A DNA stretch of 64,000 bases, taken from Azolla caroliniana. Lineage: Eukaryota > Plantae > Polypodiophyta. Positions 49,516 through 64,000 of this stretch are shown here, one piece after another (the stretch's first letter is position 1; every line of letters begins with the position of its first letter). The DNA lies in NCBI GenBank assembly GCA_043228905.1, contig JBHGNT010000018.1, positions 17,484,001-17,548,000 on the forward strand. Direction: 5' to 3'. The position numbers were made by a program, and so were the translations under genes. The notes beneath the pieces were generated by a model. It ran no database searches and had not been told where the DNA came from. It saw nothing but the letters and a program-made list of their open reading frames with translations.

Positions 49516-50641
49516 ACTATTATTAGTACAATCAATTGCTCAAGCTTTATCTATCACCTCCTCTAGTGATTGATTCCAAAAATTGAGCAACGCTAGAGAT
49601 GTTGGGAAAGGCTCATGTATCACGTCCAAGAAGATGTCCTTCAGCTCTTCTTCTGGAATTCGTCGTGAAATTTGGACTCGCAAATTTTGAAACCGAATCA
49701 CGAATTGTGACTTCTTTCTCCTATTTCTGCTGTTACTACTACTTCTCCTCATGTTGCTCCACTTCTCTTCTTTCTCTGACAACGGTCTGATGTTTCTTGG
49801 TCCAGATGTTAAAATAACAAGAATCAACATCATCATTCCACGCGAGGAGAAGTTCACCGTACAACACAACCATATTGGACATTACATATCTGAGTATAGT
49901 ATTTGCAGCCTGATCAGACATCACCTATATATTTCACCTCTAATATATATATATATATGTTCACAAAAGTTGGACTGCCATCATGTAGTTCTGTTTCCGA
50001 GCTGCTTGATGTGAAACAATCACGGCTAGGTGGTAGCCAGATGTCCATGAAAGTGTGGGAGATATCTTTAACAATACAGGGCAATTGTACAATTCCATGG
50101 CACACATATTGTACATCAACAGTAAAGATACTACCACTCCTTGCATCCTGCAAACATTGGAAAATTCAAAGTTTAAAATGTATGTACGTTTCAGTCTGTC
50201 GTTTCCCCTGTGCGAAGTTTATAATGAACAAGATTGTCAGAAGCAAGACCAAATAGAATGCGTTGTACATATATATTTAGCTGAAATACCTTCTTTAATA
50301 AATTAACAAAAACCCAACCAGTTGACAATCAGTTATGAAAAAAAACATTAACAGAAGTAATGGATGAGATTAAGAAAGAACGAATTACAGGAAGCTTGAG
50401 GAACACAACATATCTTGTATATATTACTACAATCAACTAGGCAAGCAAGCGTCACACACAAGACCGTAAAATAAATAATACTTAATATAAGAAAAGAATT
50501 ACTGACTGATAATTCTGAACTAAGTAGGTCAAACCTTAACTATATATAACATCAAACATTTAGCTATATCAAACATCATTAGCAGATCAACCCCTTTAGT
50601 GAGCAAACTTGGTAATTATATTAATGTAGTTGAGAAGGTAG

Positions 50642-53476
50642 TTACCAAGTGAAAGCAGCAATGTTGTTATTGTTTAGATTGCTGCAACTCATATAGTAAT
50701 CATAATACCAATCGCTATCATTATTGTTAGGATTAGTATTGCTGGAGGTATAGGCAGCAGAACTACCTTGCCTCTCTGCTGCGATGATGGAATTAAAAGA
50801 TTCCATCCACAACATATCCTCATCATGATGATCTCTCATAAGAGGCAATTGACGATCCATCACGTTCTCAGCAGCAGTACCACCATCATTGAACTGCTTC
50901 GACTCCCACGATCTCCTCTTCCTCTTTGGCAATGACTTGGTTGGACTCTCAGACTTGCAGCGGCGGCTGCTACACGGAATAAATTTGTTGGCCTCCAGAA
51001 CTTCGATGACATGTGGCATCGACCAGAAACGTTGCACCAGCGCGTGAAGCCCTCCCCAGGCACCAACCAGCACTTCCAATTCCTCTTGGTGAAGAGTAAA
51101 CTCGAGCTTCTTCCTATTATTCACATTCTCCTCCTGCTTTTGCTGGTTCCATTCTTTCTCCGGAGAATGGGGTGGTGCAAAGCACACCTTGCAGCCGAAG
51201 CGAGGCTGAACCAACCGAGTCTTCGTTCGGTTGTTAAAATATCGGAATTCTACGTGGACATTCGTCTTGCAATGAGGGCATAATGGTAATGTAGGAAGAC
51301 CAATCTTGAAAAAGGCGTCCAAAACCTTGAATTGGGTAGTCGTCATTGGTGCGCTCAGCCTCTTCTTCAACCCGCCTTCGGCATTTAGCAGGATGGTATC
51401 CAACTCTTCCTTCATCTCCTCAATGATGATCGTGCCATTTGTCTGCTGCTGCAGCTCTGCAAGTATAAAATCATCCTGGGCATTATTCATGGGAGCCTCT
51501 GTAGAACCAGTTGCAGCTTTACGATCTAATATAAGTTAGACGGTTATGTAGTCAATTGATCGATGCCACTATAATGACATTTTAGTTATGAGCAGAAGCT
51601 ACTAATTCACCTGCTGATGTAGTTGATGGAGGATATTCAGGGCTCCCTTCGATGATTTCATGATATTCATCAAGAAAGAGCATTAATTGCTGCTCCAGAT
51701 CCTCTGCATACATATCTGAAAATGATGTGATGGGAGGATCTGTAGAACCTGCTGCAGCTTCATGATCTACATATAAGTTAGAAGGTTATTTAGTCATTTG
51801 CACATATTGATTGATATTGTGCTTATGCGGCAAAGCTACCAATTCACCTGCAGATGTTGGAGCTAGAGGATATTCATAATTCCATTCAATTCTTACTTGA
51901 TCTTCATCATGCCCTAGCTCTTCTACAAAATTTTCAGCAAATGGTCTGATGGGAGCCTCTGTAGAACCAGCTGCAGCTTTACGATCAAATATAAGTTAGA
52001 AGGTTATGTAATCAATTCATTGATGCGCTATATTGACATTGCCATTATGAGCAAAAACTACTAAGTCACCTGCTGCCGTAGTTGACTGTGGATATTCATA
52101 ACTCCCTTCGATTATTTCATGCTCTGCATCAAGTAGGAGCAATAATTGCCGCTCCAGATCCTCTGCATACATATCTGAAAATGATGTGACGGGAGGCTCT
52201 GTAGAACCAGCTGTAGCTTCATGATCTATATAATAGTTAGAAGGTTATTTAGTCATTTGCACATATTGATTGAGGCTCTACTTATGCGCAGAAGGTACTA
52301 ATTAACCTGCTGATGTCGGAGCTAGAGGATATTCATAATTCCATTCAATTCTTTCGCGATCCTCATCATGCCCTAGCTCTTCTAAGAAATTGTCAGCAAA
52401 TGGTATGATGGGAGCCTCTGTAGAACCAGCTGCAGCTTTAAGATCTAGTATAAGTTAGAAGGTTATGTGGTCAATTTATCGATGCAACTATAATGACATT
52501 TTAGTTATGAGCAGAAGCTACTAATTCACCTGCTGATGTAGTTGATGGAGGATATTCAGGGCTCCCTTTGATTATTTCATGATCTTCATCAAGAAGGAGC
52601 ATTAATTGCTGCTCCAGATCCTCTGCATACATATCTGAAAATGATGTGATGGGAGGATCTGTAGAACCTGCTGCAGCTTCATGATCTACATATAAGTTGG
52701 AAGGTTATTTAGTCATTTGCGCATATTGATTGAGGTTGTACTTATGTGCAGAAGCTAGTAATTCACCTGCTGATGTCCAAGCTGAAGGATATTCATAACT
52801 CCATTCCATTCTTTCACGATCTTCATCGAGATCCCGCTCCTCTGCATAATTGTCAAAAAACGGTCTCATGCGAGGCGCTGTATAACCAGCTGCAGCGTCA
52901 TGATATAAGTTAGAAAATGATTTAGGTATTGAGTCCATGGAATATATTAACAGAGTGGGAAAGCAGAAGTTCCCAATTCACCTGCTGAGCTGGGAGCTGG
53001 AGGATCTTCAGGACTATCTTTAAGTATTTCGTGATCCTCATCAAGCATGAGAACCAGCTCCTCTGCATAATTGTTGCAGAAAGATGTGACGGTAGATTCT
53101 GTGCAACCCGCTGCAGCTTTATCATCCATAAAAAATTCAGAAACTTGTTTACATTTTTTATTCGCACACATTTATTGATATTGGAAGCTCCTAATGGACC
53201 TGCGGATGTCAGAGCTTGAGGTATCTCTTGATTTTCCTGATGCAGGAGCAGGAATTGCTCTAGCTCGTCTGCATATAAGTCCACATTGTCGTCGGAAGTT
53301 GATGTGATGGGAAGCTCCAAGGAGTCAGTCCTGATTGATTGATCTTCTTCTGTTTGGTGGAGGAATTGAAGCACCAACTGTTGGAAGTCTTCCACCTCCT
53401 TCTCGTCTAATAGTAATCCTGCCAATTCATCATTAGGACTGATTTGGGTATCTCTGCCCACGCTAGCAGCAACCAT
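50642..53476 (-). CDS. Divergent Dof-like zinc-finger protein with acidic exon-repeat N-terminus, paralogue 2 (~713 aa, 9 exons)
   Basis: Predicted exons 53476-53200, 53110-52982, 52889-52767, 52685-52530, 52444-52307, 52225-52070, 51970-51848, 51766-51611 and 51525-50642 have GT-AG introns, all phase 1, and internal lengths that are multiples of 3. Zinc finger identical to paralogue 1. Some acceptors have in-frame alternatives. Confidence 0.8.
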
Positions 53477-54399
53477 ATTCTGGGTTGGATTGATTGTCAA
53501 TTGAAGCTGAGGCAGGTGAAGGTGATGTCCCACCTACTAACTAGTATACGATTGATCAGATACGATTCTGCAGGTAATTGTCATTTCCATATAAGAATGT
53601 CGGTTCCTCCTTACCCTGCAAGGCAACTGCTGTTCAAGTCGCTTCGATGAATGGGTTGAGCAGGGTTCAAAGCTCCTTGCGCGCTCTCTCTCTGTGAGTG
53701 TTCGAAATTCTTGCAACTGATGTTTCTCTGTCAGGAAATGGGCAGAAGACAGTTTGCGTTGTAAGTAAGCAATCGTGGGTCGTTGGATTCTCACGTCCAT
53801 CCGACGGCGCACGGTTCCGATGGGCTGGATGTTTTTTCTCAACGGCTGCGATGCACTCGTTTTCTTATTTTTCATTTTTCTCTTTCTTTGGACCGTAGAA
53901 TAATCTCTTTCTAGTTTTCGTCCGGTAAAAAATTATTCTGTCTTTCTAGTTTTCGTCCGGTCTAATTGTCTCAGAACCGAGCAAATCGCTTCCACTGAAT
54001 GTGTGATCACTGAGGAAGCAAATTGCCAGTTCTGATGTGAAGAATTTACTTGCTCATATCCATCGACTGGCTCACTGTGTTCTTTTGATCTTCGCCTTAT
54101 TAACATTAACACAGGGCAGGTGGCCAAACTAGTCCTGAGATTAGAGCCAGCCGCAGGTTAATGTTAACGACTTGTAAACTATAGCCTATGCCTTTATAAA
54201 ATCACAAAACACGTGCCCTTATCATAATTTAATTCTTATTACCATACAAAACAATTATATTTGTAGTGTCTAAAGTTGACAAATAATGAAAGTCAAGTTT
54301 GTGTTTGCCTAGCACTAATCAAGACAATCCTCTGCAATAAATGCACAATCCATGTCGTCGTCGCAACCCAACATGTGAGAGTTTACAATCGACAAACTG

Positions 54400-57300
54400 G
54401 CAGACACAAATTATCGAATATGGTAGGGAAGATTAGAATTACTCTTTAAATATAATAAACTATGGGACATCATTTCAGGATCATCAACAAAACCTGAAAA
54501 AGACCTATGGGCAAGAATGGAAATTCTAATGCATGTAAGTGACGGCATCGGCAAAACGTACGGAAAATGGATACGGCCCAAAAAATGTGAAAGCTTTTGC
54601 AAACTATCGACGAACCAAAAAACAATGCCCAACGAGTTCATACACTTCAAGCACTCGTCAATTACAAAATGATTGACGAACAACCGGTTGGTGAATTTCT
54701 TTAAATATGGCAAAAGAAATTCGATGATGTGTTAACTTAGGGATTAGAAATCCATGGTAAATTACAAAAGATTCTCCTTCTTGGTGCTCTTCCTCACTCG
54801 CAGCCCACTTTCAAAACCACCCAAAACTCTATAAATTGTTCAATAAAGTTGATCTTCTTGCAAATATTAGACAGGAAGAAATAATGCGTTCACAAAGGAC
54901 TTCAAATTCAACTCCAAGCATGGCAATGGTAGCATACAAAAATAAAAGCTACAACCAAAGAGGAGAAAGCTCAAAGCCAAGGATAAAGAAAGATCAAAAC
55001 ACTCAACTACGAGGAATGCGGTTCAACAATACCTATTATAAAATATGTAAACGTACTAATCATACAACAAAAGATTGACACTCAAAGTCAAGTTTCAAGA
55101 ATTATCAACCTTGGAGGCATGTACAAGCCCATCTTGTTGAAGAAGAAATGGATGATGATAAGGGATATCAAAATGGTGACAAGTATGACGGTGTTCTTCA
55201 AGCATTCACTGTCGAATCACTTCCCGTCATGACACCAAATCCAAGCAATGAAAAAATGACATATGGTATCTTGACATTGGTGCTACGAACCACATAACTC
55301 ATGGAAAAGATTGGTTATCTAATTATATTGAAGTTCAACCCCTTATCATAGTAAGATTTGGTAACAATGGGACTCAACAAGGTATTGGCAAGGGTAAAAT
55401 TCCTTTGGAGCTCACAAGAGGAAGACATTTCACAATCAATGAAGCTCTCTATGTCCCAGGAATCACCAAACACGTGCTATTGGTTAGTCAAGCAACGACA
55501 AATGGTACTATCATAGAATTTCATTGTAACCCTACTATTACTAAACATAAAGCCACAAATGCAAAACTTATTAGAACTTGTTGCAAATGAGGAGGATTAT
55601 ATCCTATAAAATGCATTTCTATCTCTCATTTAGATGCACATCATTCTACCCCAATACAATCCTCCATATCTTTAACCAATCTTCATTCTCTTTCTTCTCT
55701 ATGGCACTTTCGTCTAGGCCATATGCATTTCAATGCTCTAAAAACATTACAATGTAATAATCTAGTCCATGGTTTGCCAAAAGAACCTTTCAAGCCCATC
55801 TCTTTGTGGGAAAGTTGTATCCTTGGGAAAATGCCCCAACAATCCTTTCCAAAACATTGATCTAGAGCCTCTACCCTTCTTGCCTTAGTAAATAGTGATC
55901 TATGTGGACCTTTTCCAACCCCTTCTCTTAGTGTAGCCAAATTCTTCATTAGCTTTATAGATGACTTTAGTCGCTTTACAATCTTGTATTTTCTCAAGTA
56001 TAAAAGTCAAGCGTATAAAGCATTTAATGAATACAAGGCTCGAGTCGAAGTGCAAACATCAACAAAGATTAAAAACCTTCAAACCGATAGTGGTGGTGAG
56101 TATATGTCTCATGAATTTCAAACATTCTATCAAAATGAAGGCATACATCATAGAGTATTAACATCACACAAACCACAACAAAATGATGTATATGAAAGGA
56201 AGAATAGAACACTTCTCAATATGGCTCGGAGTATGTTACGACTTGCTCAATTATTGCCTCAATTTTGGGAGGAAGCGGTTTGCACCACTTGCTACATTCA
56301 AAATCAAGGATTGCAAAGATCTTTGGGGCTCCAAACCCCTTATGAACTATGACATGGTCACAAACCTAACCTAAGTAACCTTCGTATTTTTTGTTGTGAT
56401 GCTTATTCTTTTGTGCCAACTGTTGAAAGAAACAAGCTAGATCCAAGAGCTACAAAATGAATTTTTATTGGATATGGAGAAGCTTCGAGATACAACGCTT
56501 ACAAGCTATATGATCAACAAAAGTGAAGAATATTCTTTAGTCGCAATGTGTTATTACAAGAAAACGGGCTTGCTACAAAGGTTTTTCCTTCCCATCTCTC
56601 TTACCTACCTCCTTTATTAGCTACACCTACTCACTTACAACCATCCTCCTCAACCATCTCCAAATTTAAAAAATCTATCGGCCAAAGATGCACTTCGGGA
56701 TTGGATTCTATCAAATGGAGAAAGGCTATGGAAGAAGAAATGAAGGCTTCAATTAAAAATGGTGCGTGGACCCTCATTGAGCCTCCAAAAGATCTTCAAA
56801 TAATTGGTTCTAAATGGGTCTTACGCATCAAGTGTGATGGTAATGGGCAATCCAATTCGCTTGAAGGCTCGTGTACTTGTGCGAGGTTTTTCTCAAGTAC
56901 CATGTATTGATTTTCGAGATACATTTAGTCCAACCCGAAAAATATGTGATTTTCGAATGTTCGGTGCTCTTGCCGCTCAACATGATCTAGAGTTGCATCA
57001 CTTCATGGGCATTTAGATGAAGAACTTTATTTACAACCACCACAATTTTTTAACGATCCAAGTCATCCGACACATGTTTGTTGACTTCTTTAAATCTATT
57101 TACATCCTTAAGCAATCTCCACGAATATGGTATCACAAACTACACTCTTTTCTTATAAAAGTTGGATATCATCATCAAAACAATGAGCCAAATATCTATA
57201 TTAGAAAAGTCAAATCCATTTTTGTTATCATTGGTGTCTATGTCGATGATTTGCACTTGATCTCTAACTCTAAATCTTATCTAAATAATGCAAAGAAGGA

Positions 57301-58000
57301 ACTTGCATAAGCCTTTCCTATCACGGATTTAGGCCCTATGACACATTTTCTTGGCATTAAAGTAACTCAAAATGGAACAAATCATACTATCTCATTATCA
57401 CAATCAAACTATATTAATCCCATTCTCCAAAGTTTTGATATGCTCCATAATAAGCCTATTAGTACTCCGCTTACCTCTCCTTGTAAACTCTCAAATGATG
57501 ATTCTCCAAAAATAGAACGAGAAATTTCCGAAATGAAGGATGTGCCTTATAAACAAATCCATAAATGTATAAGATACCTAGAAAGATGCACACGTCCATA
57601 TATTTGTTTTGCCATTGGTTTTGTTTCTCGTTTCATGGCCAATCCAAGACCAAAGCATTGGATCGCGGTCAAGCGATTACTACGATATTTGAAACATATT
57701 CAACATTATATGTTGACTTAATCGGCCACACAATCTGAGTAAACCACACTTGTGCAAGGATGGACAAACCCCTCCAGTCAACAAATTGGTTGGTGTTACT
57801 CCGATTGGGGGGTAGATGTGGATGACCGCAAGTCAACAGGTGGTTATGTTTACACAATAGCTGGCGATGCAATTTCGTGGAAGTTGAAGACATATACTAC
57901 CGTAGCTTTGTCATCCACCAAAGTTGGATGTGTTGTCGCGGCTTTAGCGGCTAAAAGAAGCATATGGATAAAATCAATACTCGAGGAATTTCTCCAACTC
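54400..58000 (+). mobile_element. Degenerate Ty1/copia gag-pol
   Basis: Knuckle remnant YKICKRTNHTTKD, protease WYLDIGATNH, LWHFRLGH, integrase SDLCGPF/LQTDSGGEY/ERKNRTLL, RT LKQSPRIW and YVDDL, RNaseH SDWGVDVDDRKSTGGY. Copia domain order; many stops and frameshifts; LTRs not identified. Confidence 0.93.
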
Positions 58001-58258
58001 TTGCATCAGTCTTGCGGTAAAGACATATGCACATCATTGCAGCTCAGTCAAGTCACTCTTTCCCATCAGTCCATGAGGTTTCCAAACCCCTGAATGATTC
58101 CAAAACTTGCATCAGTCTTGCTGTAAAGACATATGGACATTATTGCAGCTCAATCAAGTCACTCTTTCCCATCAGTCCATGGGGTTTCCAAACCCCTGGA
58201 TGATTCCAAATCTTGCATCAGTCTTACTGTAATGACATGCACATCATTGCAATTCAGC
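58001..58258. repeat. ~106-bp tandem repeat, ~2.5 copies
   Basis: ttgcatcagtcttgc.gtaaagacatatg.acat.attgcagctca.tcaagtcactctttcccatcagtccatg starts at 58001, ~58108 and ~58214. Confidence 0.9.
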
Positions 58259-58859
58259 AGGAAAATCAACCCCAATATTAATACAATGCTCTAGGACAAT
58301 ATCTAAAAGGTTCCTCAATTCAAAACCTTCATTGAAAAATGTTTCAATCATTGAAGTATGGTAAACACCCTCAAAGTATGGTAGATACCTAACTTTTGTA
58401 TTCCTTATTTATTATAAGGTTTTTTTTTTTTAAGGTAAAAACTACAAGGTATTCCTTATTGATAACATACACATCCATTTGCATTCGAATGAAGAAGAAT
58501 GTTTCCCAATGCATTCGAGTGTATTACGTACTATGGACCATTACTCTACAAGGTAATTTATGTATTTCCAATAATTATATTTCTGTGGATAGAAAACACA
58601 AGACTTCCATTCTTAAAAAATGAGTGTTTTCTTGGTTCTCAATTATCTTCAACAAAGAATTGAAGGCCTGCCACCAACATGTTGAGTCTCTTAATTTTGA
58701 ACTTCAACATGGGCTAGACACGACATCTATCATGCACTTGAATGCTTCCATTCTTGGTCATTACATATAATTGCTAAGCCATGACATCTATCCCTAAAAA
58801 TGTGCATGAGCTGGTTCAAATGATAGCATACTCAACCAAAGAACAACCATTCAGTCCCA

Positions 58860-60900
58860 GTCCCATACAGGAACATATTACCACAAGTGGGACAACCATT
58901 CAGCCCCATATCCAAAAAACATTTTCACAGGGGCACACTTTGTCTGCAAATTACAAATAGATGAACCGAGCAAGTAACAAACATGTGGTCAACAACCTCC
59001 CTTTAAGTCATTAATGAAATATAGACATGGTACTTACTCCATCGCTCTCCCTCTCCCTCTCCCTCTCTATCTTTATTATGACACGAACGAACATGCTATC
59101 CTTCAGCACAAAAGCTACAGCTTGTGGTTTTCCAAGCTCAAAAGATTTGAATGGAACAAAAAATACAGGCATTAGAGCAAAATACCAGTTACGCATATAA
59201 TGTTGACAATAGTAGTCACTCGTTTTTCAAAAATGTTGCACAGAAAGGACACATTTCTGATCTGCTGGATGTTAAAAGAAATAGATGCCATGACCTTTTA
59301 TTGATACAACTAGGAAGAATGAAGGCATACATACAATGATCCTTACTAACAAATGATTCTTTAACCAACAAATGAGTTATTCCTGTTGCATAAACATCAC
59401 GTACAAGGAACAAATTTTCCACTCTTTCATTGATTATTTATTTAGCATAAAGGCTGAGGGTCAAGTATATGCACAAGCTAGGAAGATTGGAGGCATAAAT
59501 GATATGGTACAATAATCTGAAAACCTATGGATTTCTAGTAACAGCAAATATTAAATACCCAAACTCCAGACATGTTAGACAGAAAGAGCCTATTATCTTG
59601 TTGTCTCCTGGATATCAAAGTTCTTGGTTTATACAAACCATCAAAGGCATACAACAGGTCATTGTTGACCTTCAATCAAACGGAGGCATAAATGAATAGC
59701 AAAACGAGAATCCTTGATATGTCTCCATTTGGACGGATGAACATCCATAAACAGAATGACATGCATGAACACACGAATTTCCCTAGTTTTTCATATGAAA
59801 GCAAAACGGAGTTCCACAATACGATGCAAAGGAATGGTTGGACCAAATTTTGATTGAGAGTAATGCATGAACATTACCAAAAGAAAATTCATATGAAAAG
59901 AAACTCAAACGAGTGTCTTTATCTTCAATGAGAACATACTCTCCACAAAATAACATGAGGAGAAAATCAAACAGAGTTTTCAAAAGAAATTTTTCTCGAA
60001 TAATCAATGAACGCCAAAAACGAAAATCCTTAAAATGCCTCTGATTGGATGGATCAAAACGACGTTTTGTCCAAAACTCCACAAACAATATCACCCGAAT
60101 GTAAAGAGATAAATCAAAGAAACTTCCCAAACTCAAATTTTGACTTGTAGTAATACACGAACGGAGATTTCCCTCTCGTTCTCTTTCTTTCTGTACAGAT
60201 AATGAACGGAGGGAAAAGGAATTGTTTTTTACTTACAGTATTTTATCCACGCGTAGAAAAGTGATGTTATAAGAAGATGAATAAATCAAAGGAACCTGAA
60301 AAATGAGGGGAACAAAAAAACATCGAAGGTTCTATGAGAGAAAATCGAGAAAGATCTCCGTTGGGGTTTATCCAAAAGATGGTGCAAAGGACAATACCTT
60401 GTCACAGGAGATGGGGAAGTAGAGCTTGTTAGACTTGATGCGCTTGAGATAATCTCATTCAGAAGTAGAAGAAGAAGATATTTACATCCATCTTTATGTT
60501 GCAGAAAATGGGAAGGTTCGTTTAATCACTCCGTTGAATTCGTGCGAAATAGTGTTGAGCATTGGGGAAAAAAAAGTGAGTAGAAAGTGCTGCAGGAGAT
60601 TTCACGTTCACGAGTGATGGAAAGCTGGTTCTACAGGTTCAGGCAAAGGCAAAAACCAAGTTCTTGGTCCTCCAATTGTACCCTCAAAACTAATTTCTTC
60701 TCTGAAACCGAAGCCAATAGTCTTATGGAGGCACTGTGATGCAAATAAGACTGAAAGAGTTTTCTGCGTAAGTCAAGTCGCGAGGAGAAGCTTGGTAAAT
60801 GATGGAGGAGTTAGTAGACCTCCACGTTGTCTATCTGTGTGTGTGTGTGTGTGTGTCATGTACAGTTTAATGCGTGGATTTGTTCTTGACGTGAGGAGGA
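58860..60900 (-). other. Conserved non-coding scaffold, copy 3, upstream of Dof-like gene 2 (separated from it by the copia)
   Basis: Reverse complement is homologous to 900-2100, 10040-11040 and 12470-12750, including the exon-like block tttcag|gttcc...atact|gtaagt at ~60295-60237. Confidence 0.6.
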
Positions 60901-60990
60901 TCATACTGCAGGTAGGTTTAGGAGATCAACAACTGTATCCATTTGAAGAAGAAAGAAGAAAAGGCACTTGGCTTGATCGATCAATACTAA

Positions 60991-60992
<2 letters not shown>

Positions 60993-61083
<91 letters not shown>
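60993..61083. repeat. Compound (CT)n(CA)n microsatellite
   Basis: Read directly from the sequence. Confidence 0.98.
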
Positions 61084-61086
<3 letters not shown>

Positions 61087-61139
61087 TGGCTCCAATCAAT
61101 GGCCACCTCACCTCCACTGAAACACAGAGAGAGAGATGA

Positions 61140-63825
61140 TGATGATGATGATGACATCTTCTTCATGGCAGACAGAATGCTGCAGCAGGCATTTCATGGG
61201 ATTGAAGAAGAATCAGAGATGAATGAAGGGCGGCAAAGCATTTCATTGAATGTGAATGAGAGAGAGAGAGAGGAATCATTCATTCATTCGAGACTATAAT
61301 TTGCTTTTGATTTTGTAGATATGTACGTATGTATTAATTGCATGTATGTACATATGTTTGTATGCATTAAGTAGAGATGATGGGATGGATGATATATGTA
61401 CTTACCATCCACCCCCCATGCATGTCATGGGTCATCATGGTCATGCATGCATGGCATGAGCTGGTTTATATTATAAATTTATATCAATATGCATGAGGAG
61501 GCATGAGTTTCAGTGACATTATAAACGAATCCTTGCGTACATTATAAATGTGTGTGTGTGTGTGTGGTCGATGAATGGGCAATATGGTCACAAATTGTGG
61601 GGAGATGATGATCATGGCAAATGCGGGCTCAGCAGTGGGCAATTGTTCAAATGATCTTCTGAGGGTCTCTCTCAAGACCTTTTATTGATACGACTAGGAA
61701 GAATGGAATCATTCATTCGAAACTGTTATTTGCTTTTGCTTTTGTACATATGTTATGCATGCATGTATGTATGTATGTATTAACTAGGGAACTAGGGATG
61801 ATGAATCATGATGTACCTACCATCTACCCCCATGCATAGATGGGTCATCATGGTCATGCATGCATGCATGAGATGGTTTATTATATCAATATGCATGAGG
61901 AGACATGAGCAAAAGCATGAGTTTGTGACAACATCTCTATTATCATGATTTGGAGGATCGGTGGGGATGGAGATGGAGAAAAGCAGGAACTAGATAATGA
62001 GCTACTTCTTCTTCGTATTCTGTTGCTACTTCTTTCGCAGACTTTTCGTACGTTCAAGCCATTAAATGAATAAATACATGAAATACATAAATGAAGTGGA
62101 ATCATTTGAATTATTTTTTGTTTGTATAAATATTAATGAGATGATGGGATTGCATGCCATGCATGAGATACATATCATGGACATGCATTAGATATCATGG
62201 ACATGTCGCGAGTTTCACATTCGTGGACATAAAGGAAAGTCGACGGATGGCAATATGGCCATGGCCTAACATATTAGTAAATTCACACATTGTTACCTTC
62301 TCCAAGTTTGTTTTGAGAGATGGTTAGATCCATATAAAGTAATAAACGTGTTCATGCAAGCATACAAACGTTTGAAATGGGAAATTTAGGTGTTTCTTGT
62401 TTTTTCTTATTTATCCTTTTGTGTTATTGATGATGAGCTCACCCTAGTGGTAAGTTGTTGTGCTACTATCACTTATGTATGTCTTGGGTTCGAATTCCAA
62501 TTTTCTCCCTATCTCTCTCTCTTTAGTGTGATGTCATAATAAATTTTTATGTTAGCCTCATGTTTTCTTATACGTTTTATGAGTTTTTGAACGTTTGATT
62601 ATAATGTATAATGACATCTTTTTATTCAATCCCTATAGTTCATACTCCTTTTTTTGTAAAGTTCTAAAGTGAAGAAATTGATACCTTCACTAGTTGCAAG
62701 ATGAGAACATCGATAATTGCAAGATGAGCTCATCATCAATACAATTATGTCTTTGAATTATTTGATTTTTATGTTTGTGCTTTCTAATGTTTAGTAGTTA
62801 AGTAATTCCTAAGTTTTGAACTTTCAATTTTTTATTCAATCAATATATAAGATAGACCATAGTTATTTTTTTGAAATTCCAATCTTTATTTTTTTCCCAA
62901 CTTTGAAATAATTTACCATACATGTTTCATTGAATCATTCTCGAATGTGAATGCACGTATGGTAGATCACATTGGGCTATCAATAAGAAGGAATGGGATC
63001 ATGTTAGCATATTAATTTATTCAATTTAGTTGCATTGATCCAATCTTCCATTAAAATCTTCATCCTAGATACAATATGTCACTTAGACTATGCATTCTAT
63101 ACACGTGGATAAGTGTGAGGGTTAAACGAGAATGTAAAGAAGGGGAGAATTACTTTTAATCCTCGGGATTGAGACAACCCATTAGGCCAAGTGTGAACTT
63201 GCTTGGGGGCCTTGGGTATCGCTATAAATAAGAGGCCTAGCTACCCTCATTTCATCATCTTGTTCACTACGTCGAGACTCTGTCTTGTGGTGGGTCAACT
63301 CTTGTAGCGAGCGCGCCAACACCAGGTACGACTCAACGCCACTGGAAGCTATTGTGCATGTTGTGCTTGAAATGTATTTTTACCACAGGAAAATTGTGGT
63401 CATGTCTCCAATGCAAATTTATTGTGGCTTCCACCATTGCCTACCAATGTGTGAGTTAAATACCACATTTTTCCTGCATGGTTACGAATTAGTACCCATT
63501 CATGGTTGGTCATTCTGTGTTCTAATCTAACACCTTTGTATTGTTGCATGCAATGGCAAACTCCAACTCACAAATTGCTCATAATTCATAATAATAAAAA
63601 CAGGAACAAAGCATCGAGGATAATTGTGATGGCCCTGCATTGTATGTTCAAAAGCCTAGGTTAGCAAATTGACATTCTATTTCCTTCGTCAGTTCTGTTC
63701 AGAAAAATAGGAAATACAACAATATTTCTCTCTCCCCCTTTCTGTAACTAACTTTACTAAAGTATAAAACCCTTCTCGGGAGCTAAATATTATACAACAT
63801 TCTTAATGTATGTACAGTAGCGAAA
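61140..63825. repeat. Right arm of second inverted duplication
   Basis: Reverse complement of ~21075-22976 joined to 23917-24125 and 24440-24747. Confidence 0.93.
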
Positions 63826-64000
63826 TATGACAAGGTCTATTGGGAAATCGTTAGTATGAAATGCATAATTCGTCAAAGGTTGCCATTCGTAACGAATCCT
63901 TGACAAACTTGATGGACCACCACGAGGCAAAAGGAATGATAAAGGTGTGTGTATTCTTACCTCCTCTTGTCCATTCCCTTGTAGAAACTTGGAAGGGATA

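Noticed and set aside
60792-61299. ORFs across the microsatellite and the acidic 66-aa ORF
   Set aside because: Low-complexity translations of simple repeats; no evidence of a conserved reading frame in the paralogous 24120-24290 segment.

Overview
AT-rich, repeat-dense eukaryotic DNA, most likely from a land plant (it looks bryophyte-like, but the species cannot be fixed from sequence). It has spliceosomal introns, Ty1/copia and LINE debris, solo LTRs, microsatellites and a 100-N gap. The window is built from inverted segmental duplications: 1-13247 mirrors 33441-44438, ~13040-17050 mirrors ~49100-53880 (older), and ~21075-24747 mirrors ~61140-63825. The only apparently intact protein genes are two convergent paralogues (13477-15659 +, 50642-53476 -). 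Each encodes a divergent Dof-like C4 zinc finger behind an acidic N-terminal region made of tandemly duplicated, symmetric phase-1 exons (6 versus 9 exons). A conserved non-coding scaffold, preceded by RY-motif clusters in most copies, lies upstream of each gene. In another copy the scaffold leads instead into a ~270-bp fold-back built from two head-to-head fragments of the same Dof-like family (2101-2689), a candidate hairpin-siRNA regulator. A second imperfect inverted repeat lies inside another scaffold copy (11091-12413). A Bianca-type copia element carries an intron-containing, decayed prokaryote-type N4-cytosine/N6-adenine DNA methyltransferase gene in antisense; both are present twice because of the inversion. 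Identity estimates are by eye.
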